From: Eledone cirrhosa
Taxonomy: Eukaryota
Direction of reading: 5' to 3'
DNA: 64,000 nucleotides
NCBI GenBank assembly: GCA_964016885.1
Contig: OZ024746.1
Coordinates: forward strand, 88,288,001 to 88,352,000
Shown here: piece after piece, positions 13,151-25,735 of the stretch
Numbering within the stretch: position 1 is the first letter of the stretch
Layout: the number at the start of each line of letters is the position of its first letter
Notes under the pieces: generated by a model
The model's database searches: none
The model's input: the letters and a program-made list of their open reading frames with translations, nothing else
Told to the model about the DNA's origin: nothing
Position numbers and translations under genes: made by a program

Positions 13151-13515
13151 ATTGGCAGTATCGGTAGAGGGTCGGACGCCATGCTTTCCAGCATAGTTAC
13201 GTCCCTTTACGATCTGAGTTCAAATCCCGCCGAGGTTGACTTTGCCTTTCATCCTTACGGGGTCGATAAAATAAAGTACCAGTAATACACTGGGTAATTG
13301 CTGGCCTTGTGCCTAAAGTAGAAACAATTAATATATTAAACATTGGTGGTGGATTGGCCGTATCAGTAGAGGGTCGGACGATTATGTCTCTTTACGGTCT
13401 GAGTTCAAATCCTGCCGAGGTTAACTTTGCCTTTCACCCTTACGGGGTCGATAAAATAAAGTACCAGTAATATACTGGGATAATTGCTGACCTTGTACCA
13501 AAAATAGAAACAATT
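13151..13515 (+). mobile_element. Two tandem family 1 SINEs
   Basis: Copies at 13151-13330 and 13345-13515. The direct repeat attaatatattaaacatt flanks the second. Confidence 0.9.
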
Positions 13516-14431
13516 AATATATTAAACATTTCATAATTCCACGGGCAATAAACAATGTAACATTAAAAGCAAGTGTCTACACGGAACATCACTCGGAAAA
13601 ATAAAGTTACCATGTCGAAAAGTTTTAAGAAATTTTCTCCCAAATGGTTGTTTAATAATTCAATGAGATATATGGGGAATTTTAACGTTAAATAACCCAG
13701 GAGTATGCCGGATTAAACACATTAAATAATGTAGTTCCTTATCATTATCCAAGTACTCAAAATTTGAGCTATTTTTATAACTTTCAGGTAATTAATTATT
13801 CAAATAAATGTACATTAATAAAATAAATTCATTGAGAGTAGCCATTCCATACATGGATAATAGAATTCATAAAAGTTTTTAAAATAAATTCATAGTGTAA
13901 GACTAATTGAAATTTACACTCCGTAAAATAAGTGTGAAAAATACGTTCAATAAAGCAAAAAATAAAAAAAAGAAATGATGAGAACAGAAATATCGAAAAA
14001 TACCGATGATTGCCAGTGGGAGTAAATGGAAATCGGAATAAGTAGTAGCCGCGAGATAAAAAGAAAGAGAAACACAATTTTCTTCTAAAAATAGCCATAT
14101 ATACTTTAATATTTCAACGAAAAGAAATTGCACTAAAAGAACAAAATCAATCTCTACAGCATATCAGACACGAAAGATATCACATTGTCACGTATAACAG
14201 CTGTAAGAGAAAGATCTTGCCAAGGAAAACTAAACATAGACGTTTCTTAAAGGAATTTATTAGCAATATAAAAGACGTGTTGGCAGATGTATACTGTCAG
14301 GTTTGTATTTATCCTGCGGATATAACCTGGAAATTCTCGTGGCCATATCATGTCATAAAATCAATATGGATATTTTCCTTGAAACCTTATTTTTGTCCAT
14401 ACATATCATTTTTTTTTTCATTTTTCTTCTA

Positions 14432-14925
14432 CTAATCGGGTATTGAATCAGGCCCGAGTAAGAAGTTCTGAACTGACAGGTACTTAAGAAAAGCTTTCAC
14501 TCTAGTAACTCTTTTTTTTTTTCTTGTTTTGCTTGATGTTGTGTGTGTCTTTTTACTTTTTTTCAATTTATGGTTATCATTCAACGTTGCAGCAGCGGCT
14601 GGTATCTTCCTCTGTAACATGAATGACAGATCTTTGAATGTCCTTTTATCTAACAGAAGCATGGTTGCTGTAAGGAGAAAGTATTAAAAACTCAAAAGAA
14701 AAGAAGTAGCGGATATTTTGTTTCCTTGTAAATTTCCACAGCAAGGAGAAAAAAAAAAAGATATTTAAATGTAACAATTTGAAAGAAATCTCAAGAAAAA
14801 CTTTAACACTTTGGCATATACTTCATTTGGAGGTCTGCAAATAATGCTAACTTGCCTGAAGAAATTTGGTTGAAGTTGGAATGGATATCCGTTAACTTCG
14901 ACGATGATTATTCCAGTTGTCCAGG
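14432..14925 (-). other. Possible terminal exons of a host gene or pseudogene
   Basis: Strong acceptor (ttttctccttacag) at about 14669. Upstream open segment TTGIIIVEVNGYPF...IICRPPNE ends at a GT but has no good acceptor. Confidence 0.2.
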
Positions 14926-15149
14926 AAAATAACGTGTACACAACTAATTCCATACACACACGTGTACTGTTCAGGTAATTTTCAGAGGAATTCGAACTGC
15001 GAAAATGAGTGACAAAGCTGGCATCTTGGTCAAGTGTTTTCTCTTATAGCCTAGAAAGAACACACCAATTTTGAATGAGGTGTGGTAGAGGGAAGCTGTA
15101 CTAAGTCTCTATACATACACACACACAGACATAACTATATATATATATA

Positions 15150-15205
<56 letters not shown>

Positions 15206-15732
15206 AGTGTGTGTGTCTGTGTGTGTGTGTGTGTGTGTTATGTGTGTGTGTGTGCTGATCGATGCTTCTTGCCAGAGGAGTTGCATCCCTTCATTTGAAC
15301 GTTGGACGATCATGTTCACGCGGCTGACTTTATGCTTATATATGTAAAATTGTATGCGGCATACATAAGCACTACTTTAGCATAATCTCCAATAATCGAG
15401 TTGACAGCCATCCAGGGAACCTCTCAATCCCAAAAGAATATCTTTCGGGTGTCCTGTTACCAGCGATCATTTAGAATGGGAGAATTATCCAGTGTTTCTA
15501 GGTCAACTTTGGTGACCATCTGGGATTTGACCGCTGTGATTTACTGGTTAATTGGTGAAATATATTTTTATTTATAGAAATATATACAAAGGGGATTAAG
15601 CATTTTAAAAGGTATCTATATTTGAAATTCTAGTTAAACTTTAATTAGTTACCAACCTAGCTATGTGTGCTTACACACTTTATATATATATATAGAGAGA
15701 GAGAGAGACTTATATATTTACACACACACACG

Positions 15733-15787
<55 letters not shown>

Positions 15788-15792
15788 ACACA

Positions 15793-15833
<41 letters not shown>

Positions 15834-15844
15834 ACACACACACG

Positions 15845-15878
<34 letters not shown>

Positions 15879-15895
15879 TTAAAATTACAGATTAA

Positions 15896-15945
15896 AGTTT
15901 AAGCAAAGAATCGCAGCTTTCACCCTTAACGGGATCTTCTGACGG
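15896..15945 (-). ncRNA. Hammerhead, CAGAAGA family (5' helix I strand replaced)
   Basis: Minus strand CAGAAGA tcccgttaagggt GAAA gctgcgattctttgc TT aaact. Confidence 0.55.
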
Positions 15946-16017
15946 TTCTTATATATTTGATATATATTTATCCTTATCGAGCCCTCTTTGGATTTTAGTC
16001 TTGAAATTTATTATTAT

Positions 16018-16063
<46 letters not shown>

Positions 16064-16271
16064 TGTTATACTTGGGGAGGGTCATATTTGTGTAATATTG
16101 CCAGAATTAATAACAGAACGCACTCACTGTTTGGTTGGATTTCGCTTCTCGCTGTCTTTTATATCTGCGATCTAACTTACTCGGTCCTCAATGTTGCCAT
16201 TGACTGACCGACGGTCAAAAATAATACAGATACAATATAGACACAAACACATATATATAGTTTACATAATT

Positions 16272-16313
16272 TACATAAATCTTTCGTTGCACATCTGCAA
16301 CATCGTCAGTGGT
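16272..16313 (-). ncRNA. Type I hammerhead in PLE 3' UTR
   Basis: ca CTGACGA t gttgca-gatg-tgcaac GAAA gatt TA tg. Helix I is short and there is one extra base before helix II. Confidence 0.6.
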
Positions 16314-16837
16314 GTTATATTTTTTTTTTGTGTTGTATTTCTACGCCATTTTTTATTCAGTCTGTCTATATATTTATTTATTTATTTGCTTGTTTGTTTA
16401 TTTTATTTTGTCTTCTTTGCGCATGCGTTTGCGTGTGTGTATAGTGTTATGTTTGCTGTGTGACTAGTGTGTATAGTGTTGTGTTTGCTGGGTGACTAGT
16501 GTGTGTTTATGTGCTTGTTGTTATTGTGCTTGTGTATGTATTTATTTATCTTATTTTATTTTATTTTATTTACTTATTTATACTTCTCTTAGGTCAGTGT
16601 TGTTTGTTTGGGTGTTATTGTTGTTCCACTCATTCTTTCTGTTTAGCTTTGGTCTTCTAATTTCTATTTCACTGGCCTCTCTGATTTGCCTATCTGCTGG
16701 GTCATTCCTATGTTTAGATATTATTCTAATTTCTATGTTGTCTATGTTACCGTCATGTTGTTGTCTGGCATGTTCGTATAGTACAGACCCGTTTTTTCGT
16801 CCTTTTAGTTTCCCCCAGTGTTGGTCTATCCTTTCAC

Positions 16838-18328
16838 CTATGCTACGGCTGTCTCACCTATGTATGTTGTTGTCATGTTTCTGCAAGTACCCTCTGTACA
16901 TCTTATGCTATAGACTACGTTTCTAGTTTTACAGTTTATCCGGGGGTTCACCTTACATATGATACATTTGCTATTGGTACAGTGGGTTTTCTTAAAAGGG
17001 TAGGTTTTGCTGATCAGGGATTTCATGGTGGTTCCTGGCTTTTCTACCACCTTTATTTTTAAGTGGGTCTTTCTCAGGGCCTTTCTACACTGGTTAGCTA
17101 ATTTCCCTCCAGGGGTGGCGTCCACAAATATGACACTCTGATATCTCTGGTTGTCGTACCATGATGTGGCCTTCCCTATCTTATGTCTAGCCCTATCTAA
17201 GCTATTCCATGATTTGCTCCTGTATAATGGGCAAATTCCTTTCATGTCCAGTTCTAGGAGGGTCTTATACTTTTCCATGGCTCCTTCGTATACTCTGACT
17301 CTGTCTCTTTGGTTGTAGCCAGAGAACTGCATGCGGTTGATGAAGTGTTGGATGTGTCCTTCCATTTCTGTTGGGTCGCACATGACGGACACATTTTTCA
17401 TCACTCGTACCAAATCTGCGATCAGAATATTAAACTTAGCACTACTGGACATTGCTGAGTTTTTGAGTATCAGGTATTTGGAGGCCATGGGTTTAGCATA
17501 GTGTGAGTGGAGAATTTGGGCTCTCTCGTCTATAGTGTTAATCCAGAGTTCTGTGTCTAATACAGGTAGTCTATTGTTAGGGTGTTTGGAAGGGAAGTCG
17601 ATAGTTATAGTTATACTCTGGTGTATAGAATTAGCTATCTGCTGGATGCTTTCCATCGGGCTACGTTCTAAATCAAACTTGTTAGTGCTCTCTAGTGGGG
17701 GTGTTCTTATAACTATATTGATATCGTCTACATAACGAGAGTACATGAGGAGGTCTATGGAGCTTTCATTAAGGAGATCTTTAAGTCTCCTTTCCCACCA
17801 TACCATGAAAAGGTTGTCAACATCACCAGCTATGCTGACGCCGATGGCTGCTCCCTCATTTTGGGTGTAGATTTTCTCATTGAACTTAAATATGTGGCCC
17901 TTTAGGGTATTTTTGATACTAGCCCCTATTCCATGTGCGACCATTTTTCTTACCTGATCATTGTTTTGGGGGGTCCGTATAGCTTTGGTCCACCCAATCC
18001 ACCTTTCCATGGGATTCTTTTTTGCCATTGAGGTTATGGTGGGGGGTCGACCTCTTATAGGTCTACTAGGGCAGAAACATCTAAGGTCATGGCTGTCTAG
18101 GTAGTCAGTGTCGTAGGTAAGTCTAAGTAGGAGGCCCAGTTCGTCTGTGTCGACGTCGCAGAACTCCACCTCACTCTCAATGATCATCTCCACACATCTT
18201 TTCACAGCAAAATCAATGTTAATGGATGGGTCCAGTGACACCACATCCATGCTGCCTATTATGCAGGTGGATAGGGTCCTGTTGTTGTTGCACTCACTGA
18301 TTCTGCTATGTATGTGTAAAGGAAACAC
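16838..18328 (-). CDS. PLE reverse transcriptase and start of GIY-YIG (partial, premature stop)
   Basis: SMDVVSLDPSI, QNEGAAIG, RYVDD, LPVLD, Cys linker CxxxxCxxC, and NVVYSIRC...YIGET. Confidence 0.9.
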   Translation of the reverse strand: MFPLHIHSRISECNNNRTLSTCIIGSMDVVSLDPSINIDFAVKRCVEMIIESEVEFCDVDTDELGLLLRLTYDTDYLDSHDLRCFCPSRPIRGRPPTITSMAKKNPMERWIGWTKAIRTPQNNDQVRKMVAHGIGASIKNTLKGHIFKFNEKIYTQNEGAAIGVSIAGDVDNLFMVWWERRLKDLLNESSIDLLMYSRYVDDINIVIRTPPLESTNKFDLERSPMESIQQIANSIHQSITITIDFPSKHPNNRLPVLDTELWINTIDERAQILHSHYAKPMASKYLILKNSAMSSSAKFNILIADLVRVMKNVSVMCDPTEMEGHIQHFINRMQFSGYNQRDRVRVYEGAMEKYKTLLELDMKGICPLYRSKSWNSLDRARHKIGKATSWYDNQRYQSVIFVDATPGGKLANQCRKALRKTHLKIKVVEKPGTTMKSLISKTYPFKKTHCTNSKCIICKVNPRINCKTRNVVYSIRCTEGTCRNMTTTYIGETAVA

Positions 18329-18443
18329 AAGAGCAAGAATGAAGGGTTTATTCTACTGACATGGGTATAAAATTGAGGCTTGTTTGAATAATTTCAAATG
18401 AATCGAATGTTATTATTCATATTCGAAAAGCTCAGATTACATT

Positions 18444-18514
<71 letters not shown>

Positions 18515-18520
18515 TATATA

Positions 18521-18622
18521 TTAGAGAAATCGCCTCTACAGAACTATAACTGTTTTATTCGGGAGAAATCATGAGGAAGCCTGAATGACACTGTTCTAGT
18601 CCTGAAGAAACCATTTCTATAT
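18521..18622. repeat. Degenerate hairpin built from a hammerhead 3' half
   Basis: Imperfect palindrome of the same family as 60551-60642 (ga(c/a)ac.gttctagtcctg). Confidence 0.6.
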
Positions 18623-19985
18623 TAAATATTTATACTCTGCTATGTATTGTGCACCTTACTTACTGTGGTTACCTCCGATTGTACCCGGGATAATTGTATA
18701 TATATGTGTGCGTATGTGTGTGTGTATATGTGTGTGTGTGTGTGGGAGGGTATTTATGTATGGTTGCACATAACCGTTTTGAAAATTGGGATTATCACTC
18801 TCCATTTTCAAAGTATTAGTACCTTTCCAGACCACTCGCCTTCTGGTTCAAACAGGAGGCAAAATATTTCAGCCTAACATGGAAGGAGGTCTTCAAATCT
18901 AGTCTTGGAAAGAAGATTTCAATCTTGAACTCGTGCTATGAGCAGGCGCGAAACATCCAAGCAAGGACAGTACATGCACAGGAGGACTTTGGGGTTCAAC
19001 TGCTACCCGATATCAGATCGGCATATGTAGTTTTCGGGCAGAACATAATCCCACTAGCAGGTACTTCTATTGATTCCTTCTCTTGCAAGGGAGGTGCATC
19101 CTCGCGAGTCGGAGAGAATAATTTGCGTTCACAAAATATATTCGACTGAACAAGAAGTACATTCATGTACAAAGAAAGGGTAAACTCTTACAGGCTGACA
19201 TCTCTAGAATAATAAAATAGTTTAAATAACTCAAGGTCTCTGAATTTAAGTTAGAGATGCTAAATGTTTGAAGTTGCAACGGTGTTCTAGCTGAACCCTA
19301 TTACAGAGGAGATCAATGTCAAACCCAAATTCGGTTTTCGTGCCAACAGTTACTGACAAAGTACGTTCTCCAATGCAATAGTCCGAAATGATGTTCTCCT
19401 GAAGGATCTTTCTAGAAAATTTGCTCAATAACGTTTGAAACTCGGAGAAATGGAAGACAAATCACTTAATAATTCTTGCGGAACAGATTTAGATCTGTCC
19501 GGGTATCAAACGGCAGTTGCTCGAAATAGATTTGTTATTTTTATTTATTTATTACTTTAAATCGAAACAGGCACACCATATTGTCTTAAATTAGTATTTT
19601 TTCAATTTAGCTAACTTAGTCATTTGCAATTCGAACACATGTATCCCTGTATCGGTGTCCACCCATCTCTCATATTCAATTGTATTACACGGCTCGGAAA
19701 GATTCCCTTCCTTGAGCTAATTAATAGTAAAACACTATTTTGAGTTTTTAACTCAATCTATGATATTCTCGGCTCCATCCATACGTAGAGCTAACTTTAG
19801 TCTCATAAAACCGACTGCTATTTTTATCGGCATGAGTATGAGATGCGCTAGGCGCTGCATCATGTGCTTTTTTCTATTAACACATAATTCAGTCTTCTTA
19901 GATCTTTTGAAGTGAAAGGTACGAATTTCCTGGATACCCGCAGAAGAGAACAGGAATGGTGGCTTTCACTTAATAATTCTTGGGA

Positions 19986-20033
<48 letters not shown>

Positions 20034-20109
20034 CGAGGGAAAAGTGGTAAGGAACCAAGTGGACCATAACGCACCAAAGTACTCAATACTTAGGGTAGTA
20101 GAGTGGGTA

Positions 20110-20220
20110 ATAGGAGTAAGTAAGACCCCGACGGCTGAGCTCAAGCCGTTTCGACGGCTAATTCAGTACAGAATTAACCGTCGAAACGGCTTGAGCTCAG
20201 CCGTCGGGGTCTTACTTACT

Positions 20221-20225
<5 letters not shown>
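20110..20225. repeat. Near-perfect hairpin built from a hammerhead 3' half
   Basis: 55-bp arms with loop agtaca. Each strand reads helix II, GAAAC ggcttgagctcagcc GTC ggggtc. Confidence 0.9.
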
Positions 20226-20276
<51 letters not shown>

Positions 20277-20309
20277 TATATATATATGAATATATTATAT
20301 ATATTTTCT

Positions 20310-21380
20310 CCTTCTAGGGTGGCTAAAATTCGCGAGATCCATGGACGAGTTCTCTCCAGCGGTCTCTGTCCCTCATTATCACTACTATGTCCTGCAACTC
20401 CAGCATACTAGTGTCTGTCCTTAGGGCATCAACATACATTAACCTTGGTCTTCCTCTTCCAGTTTGTCCATGTAGGGGCTCCCACATGTCAACTCTAGAT
20501 GTCGGTGAGCATGTCCAGCTAACCTCAGTCTCCACTGTGTCACTTTTGAGCTGACTTTTGGGAGGCTCCCATAGAGCTCTGAGTTTTTCATCCTCAGTGT
20601 ATTCTGATTAATGTTCAGCGCATCCTCAGCATTTCTTGTGTAGCACCCACCCACCATCTGAATGAGTTTCTTGGTCAATGTCCAAGTCACAGACCCGTAC
20701 AACGGCACAGACTCAAATACAGCAATGAAGAGGCAGAATGTCAGGCTTTTACGAAGATCCGACTTCCACACCGATCTCAAGCTGTGGCACGCCGCCCAGG
20801 CTTTGCTCTTCCTCTCAACCACATCATCTTCCGTATTCCCAATCTTTGTTCCCAAATACAGGAAGTCCTCAACCAATTCTAGCGCATTCCTGCCTACATT
20901 AGTGATCCCCTCTTGCTTCTCAACATTCTCTACCTGATATTTTGTTTTAGTCTCGTTTATTCTCAGCCGCACACTCATCGACACAGTCTCAACATCCTGC
21001 ATTAAATCCTCTGATTCCTTCACTGTATATGTCACCAAAACTATGTCATGTGCAAATTCAGCATCCTATATATGTTTCGCCTTAACTCTGGTGCTCTGAG
21101 CCAGTGCTACACTAAAGCCAGATTCCATTGTCTTTCTCCAGTGCAAGGCGCATACGCAATAGTCCACTACGATGATAACAAGTTAGGGAGCCAATTTTTC
21201 TCCCCGGAGCACTCCAGCCAGTATCTCAAAGAACTCTGTCATCCCATCAGGTGTAATGACTTGGGATTTGGTGTTGGTGTAGAGCAGTGATATCAGGTCC
21301 ACTATCTTCTTGGGGATTCCATAATCCTGTAAGATGTTTATTAGGCAGTGACGGTCCACAGAATCAAAGGCCTTCCTAAA
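20310..21380 (-). mobile_element. 5'-truncated RTE-type LINE (RT and thumb, frameshifted)
   Basis: FRKAFDSVDR, INETKTKY, LELVEDFLYLG, ESVPLYGSVTW, LRLAGH, RGRPRL..YVD and DRDRWRELV motifs. Confidence 0.85.
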
Positions 21381-21771
21381 GTGGAGGCGAACTAGATAGC
21401 GACCAACCTAAGGTTTAGGAATAATCCGAGGAAGATGTGGACCTACATCTCAGATATGAAAAGATATATGTATATATTTCCGTGTGAGTGTGTGTGCGGT
21501 GTGGACGAATTATAACTGCTAGAAACTACAATATCTCAATATGAGTTATAATTCAAATAATCTCTTAATATTTGTCATTCAATACACTCTAGCATGTATT
21601 CCGAAAGATACATATTTAATCTCTATAGTAATAGAGCTTACGTTTCGATGCACCTGTTTGCTTCTTGATATTCGCTTTATACACGACTGTACTTGTTTGT
21701 AAGTATGTATATATATATATATGTATACAAACAAGTACAGTCGTGTATGAAGTAAATATCAAGAAACACAT

Positions 21772-21806
<35 letters not shown>

Positions 21807-22113
21807 CATACTTTCAAACAAGTACAGCCGGGTATAAAGCGGCTTCGAACGCATCCGATGACGTTGAGAAGTCCTCCTTTCCGGGTATTACTATGGATGC
21901 TCAGAGAGTGGGATTGGTCGAGTACAAGGCCTTTCCCAACTTTAAAAAAACCTTCAAAGGATAGGCATTGCTTGTTCAGGATCTATTACAAGCGATTGCA
22001 ATACTCTTAGCAGAGTTTGCAGCCATCATAATCTCTCTCTTCCTCTCTCTCTCTCGCTCTCTCTCTATATATCTCTCTCTCTTTCTCTCTCCCTCTCGCT
22101 ATCCCTCTCTCTC

Positions 22114-22152
<39 letters not shown>

Positions 22153-22158
<6 letters not shown>

Positions 22159-22680
22159 GATATTAAACAAATGGAAACTATATTTATAAAAGCATATTTA
22201 TTTCACTATACATATTTCAGGGATACCATATTAAAAATATGGCATGCCTTCGCCAGATAAAATACAATATATAAACAGTTTTATAAATAATTTTGACGTA
22301 CCATATTATAAGCGACCATTAAATTAGGAAGCTGTCTGGGTAGTGATTTGTTTATAACTATTTAGTTATAGTGTTAAGCACAGTTAGAAAGAAGACGGAG
22401 AGAAAGAAGAAACCTCCATTTCTTCTTTCTCTCCGTCTTCTTTCTAACTGTGCTTAACACTATAACTAAATAGTTATAAACAAATCACTACCCAGACAGC
22501 TTCCTAATTTAATGGTCGCTTATAATATGGTAAGTCAAAATTATTTATAAAACGGTTTATATATTTTATTTTATCTGACGAAGGCATGCCACATTTTTAA
22601 TATGGCATCCCTGAAATATGTATAATGAAATAAATATGGTTTTATAAATATAGTTTCCATTTGTTTAATATCGTATATAT
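22153..22680. repeat. Palindrome with about 260-bp arms (inverted PLE pLTR pair)
   Basis: Axis near 22415 (agaaagaagaaa cctcca tttcttctttct). Each arm carries a hammerhead, and the left end is in (TA)n. Confidence 0.95.
22567..22632 (+). ncRNA. Minimal type I hammerhead ribozyme
   Basis: tattttat CTGACGA aggcatgcca...tggcatccct GAAA tatgta TA atgaaata, with an 8-bp helix I. The mirror copy has CTGGCGA. Confidence 0.85.
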
Positions 22681-22760
22681 ACTCCAAAAACTTGTCGAGT
22701 GCTTTATATCAGTTATAAAATATTTACTTGTTGTAACCCAACAATTTTAAATAAAACCTT

Positions 22761-22820
<60 letters not shown>

Positions 22821-23479
22821 CGAAGTACTAACGTCATGTTTTAAACAATATATATATAAGGTAATGATACTGGATATACGAAAACAATTATTTAAAAATA
22901 CCTGCAGGTCAATATGTGATAGACGAGATTTAAATTAAGCTATAGTGTATATGCAATGAAATAAAAAAAAAAAGCCTACAAGAATAAAGCATTGTTACCT
23001 GTTCATCCATTACTGGACGCAAACAATTGGAGTATGTTATCTAAAGATTTAGTTTTAATTATTTGCTGGATTTTAGCCTCCAGCCAAGTCTGAAGTATTG
23101 TAAAAGTTAGTTAACATGGAAGTCGAGATAATAGGAACTATTTTAAAGTTATCTATAATAGCATTTTCTAATAAATAAGGTAATACGTGTATTTGTATGA
23201 AGAATTAGATGTTTAGCTGTTATGTCACAATCTGTAAATTACAACTGTCATTTTAAAGCAAAGTAATATCCAACAACGGATTGAGTTCAAAATTGCTGTA
23301 TCATTATTTCAAAGCGACATGATTCCTCATGATTCCTATTGATCTGGAATCTCATTACGTGGCAGATGACAATTCCCTTTGAATCTTACTTTGTTAAGCT
23401 GAACACAATGGCTAATAACACTTGGAATCCTTCATTGGTACTGCCAGTTATTTTTTACCACAATTTCCTATAATAATAA

Positions 23480-23855
23480 TTGTTTCTACTGTTGGCACCA
23501 GGCCAGTACATTACTGGTACTTTATATAATCGACCCCGTATGGATGAAAGGCAAAGTTAACCTCTGCGGGATTTGAACACTGAATGGCAAGGGCCGTAAC
23601 TCTGTGTGTCAAAACATGGCTTCAAAACCTCTACCGATACTGCCAATCCACTAATAATAATGGTTTCTTATATAGGCACAAGGCCAGAACATTTTTTTTC
23701 TAAAGTCGACTAAATCGACACAAGTGCTGACTGGTACTCTATTTTATCGATCACGTAAGGATGAAGAGCAAAGTTAAACTCGGCGGGATTTGAACTCAGA
23801 TCATAAAGTGCCGTAACTCTATGCTGCAAAGCATGGCGTCCGACCCTCTACCGAT
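23480..23855 (-). mobile_element. Two tandem family 1 SINEs
   Basis: Copies at about 23480-23652 and 23660-23855, separated and flanked by (TAA)n. Confidence 0.85.
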
Positions 23856-23868
23856 AATAATAATAATC

Positions 23869-25360
23869 ATGGACGATCTTAAGTTCTTCGGGAAGAGTGA
23901 GAAGGAGTTGGATGTGCTTGTTGACACTGTCCGTATTTTCAGCAATGAGATATGTATGCAATTTGGTATTAGTAAGTGTGGAGTCCTTGTGATGAAGAGG
24001 GGTAAATTGAACAGAAGCAACGGAATCCAGGTACCAACAGGTGAAATGATAAAGGAAATTGACACTGAAGAAGGATACAATTATTTGGGTGTTCTGGAGG
24101 TTGATGACATCAAGAACAAAAGAATGAAGGAATTCGGAGAGTAAGGAGCGTATTAAAATCACATGTGAACAGTAGGAATGCCATAAGTGCAGTAAATTCC
24201 CGAGCTGTGTCTATTATTAGCTACCGTGCGGGAATTCTGAGATGGTATGCTGCTGAACAAAAAGAAATGGATAGGAAGACTAGGAAGCTATTGACTATCT
24301 ACAACATGTTCCACAAGAGTGATGGCGATAGACTCTACTTAAGGAGATCTGAAGGTGGAAGAGGTCTTATCAGCATAGAGGACTGTGTTCAGATGGAGAA
24401 AAACAACCAACACAAATACGTGACTGATAGTAAGGAGCCAATGCTCAGAATTGCACTGAAGGAGAAGACAATAGACCAGGGGATGTCCAAAGCGGAAATA
24501 ACAACAAGAAGAAAGAGCAACCATCATGAAAAATCCCTTCATAGTACGTTCTTTGAGAAAACTGAATTCAGAGATCCAGAGACATGGAACTGGTTGAAAA
24601 AAAAGACCATAAAAAGGCTACAGAAGGAATGCTAATGGTTGCGCAAGAGCAGGCCCTCAAAACGAAGTGGCTGAAACACCATATTTACAAGGAGGAGGCT
24701 AGCCCACTGTGCAGGATCTGTGGATAGAGAGAGGAGACTGTGGCTCACATTGTATCCGAGTGTAAACACATAGCCAAGACTCACTATAAAGGCTTGAGAC
24801 ATGATGTGATGGGCAGGGTGATCCACTGGCACCTATGCAAAGTAAACAATTTACCACATTCTGAGAAGTGGTATGAGCATATGCCAGAGTCGGCGATTGA
24901 AAACGATCAGGTGAAGGTGCTGTGGGATTTTAGGATGCAGACGGACAAGAAACTGGAACACAATAGACCTGACCTGGTGGTTTTGGACAATGAATAAACA
25001 TCGTGCCTGATTGGGGATGTGGCCTGCTCATTCGACGCGAGAGTGCAAGAGAAGGAGAGGGAGAAAATTAACCGATACCAGGACTTAATGTGGGATGTAA
25101 AAAGGATTTGGAACTGCCATGAAGTCAAAGTGGTCCCGATTTTCATAGGCGCACTAGGTACTATCTCAAAGAGTTTCCAGGGATGAGTAAAGAAAATTGG
25201 CGACGCCCCGCTTTTTGGAACACTTCAAAAGCCATGATTGCTGGGAATAGCAAGAAATCTCCGATACGTCCTGAATATCTGAGGCTGCAGGTAGTGGCCA
25301 TAATATCCTGTTATATCGATCAAGTATATTCAATTTTGTATTCTAAATTTTATATTAAAA
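23869..25360 (+). mobile_element. 5'-truncated R4/Dong-clade LINE (RT C-terminus, CCHC knuckle, RLE)
   Basis: MDDLKFF, FGISKC, YNYLGV, RLYLRRSEGGRGL, CRICG..ETVAHIVSEC, RHD and NRPDLVV motifs. It starts inside (TAA)n. Confidence 0.9.
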
Positions 25361-25547
25361 AAGAAAATGGTTATAAATGGAAGAAAACCCCCTCTGTCTA
25401 CACTATATAGAACAGTCAAATAACAACAATTTCACCGACACCACAAACTAGATACCACCTATCCCATCACCCCTCTGTGTACACTAAATTCAACTGCCAG
25501 ATAACGGCAATTTCACCACAATCACCACCAATCCCAGCATAATAATA

Positions 25548-25735
25548 ATTGTTTCTAGGTTACGCACAAGGCCAGCAAGTACCCAGTGCATTACTGGTAT
25601 TTTATTTTATCGACCCGGTAATGATGAAAGGCAAAGTTAACCTCGGCAGGATTTGAACTCAGAATGGCAAGGGCCGTAACTGTATATGTCAAAGCATGGC
25701 GTCCGACCCTCTACCGATACTGCCAATCCACCGCA
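25548..25735 (-). mobile_element. Family 1 SINE
   Basis: Full consensus match, with flanking direct repeat ccagcataataataat. Confidence 0.9.

Larger units (their letters stand above)
16064..18330 (-). mobile_element. 5'-truncated Penelope-like element (RT, C-terminal GIY-YIG and 3' UTR/pLTR)
   Basis: Contains the 496-aa RT ORF, an A/C-rich 3' UTR and a hammerhead. It ends in (TA)n. Confidence 0.9.

Noticed and set aside
13151-13515. tRNA genes or a CRISPR-like array
   Set aside because: A/B boxes without a cloverleaf, plus a shared core, tails and TSDs, identify these as SINEs. There is no repeat-spacer periodicity.
18880-19500. Possible exons or ORFs (74 aa and 60 aa)
   Set aside because: No recognisable domain or consistent splice sites.
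21630-21870. Hammerhead in the small inverted repeat (minus GAAAC GTA agctc; plus CCGATGA)
   Set aside because: The two halves are on different strands and cannot be assembled into one core. Only a roughly 38-bp inverted repeat is supported.
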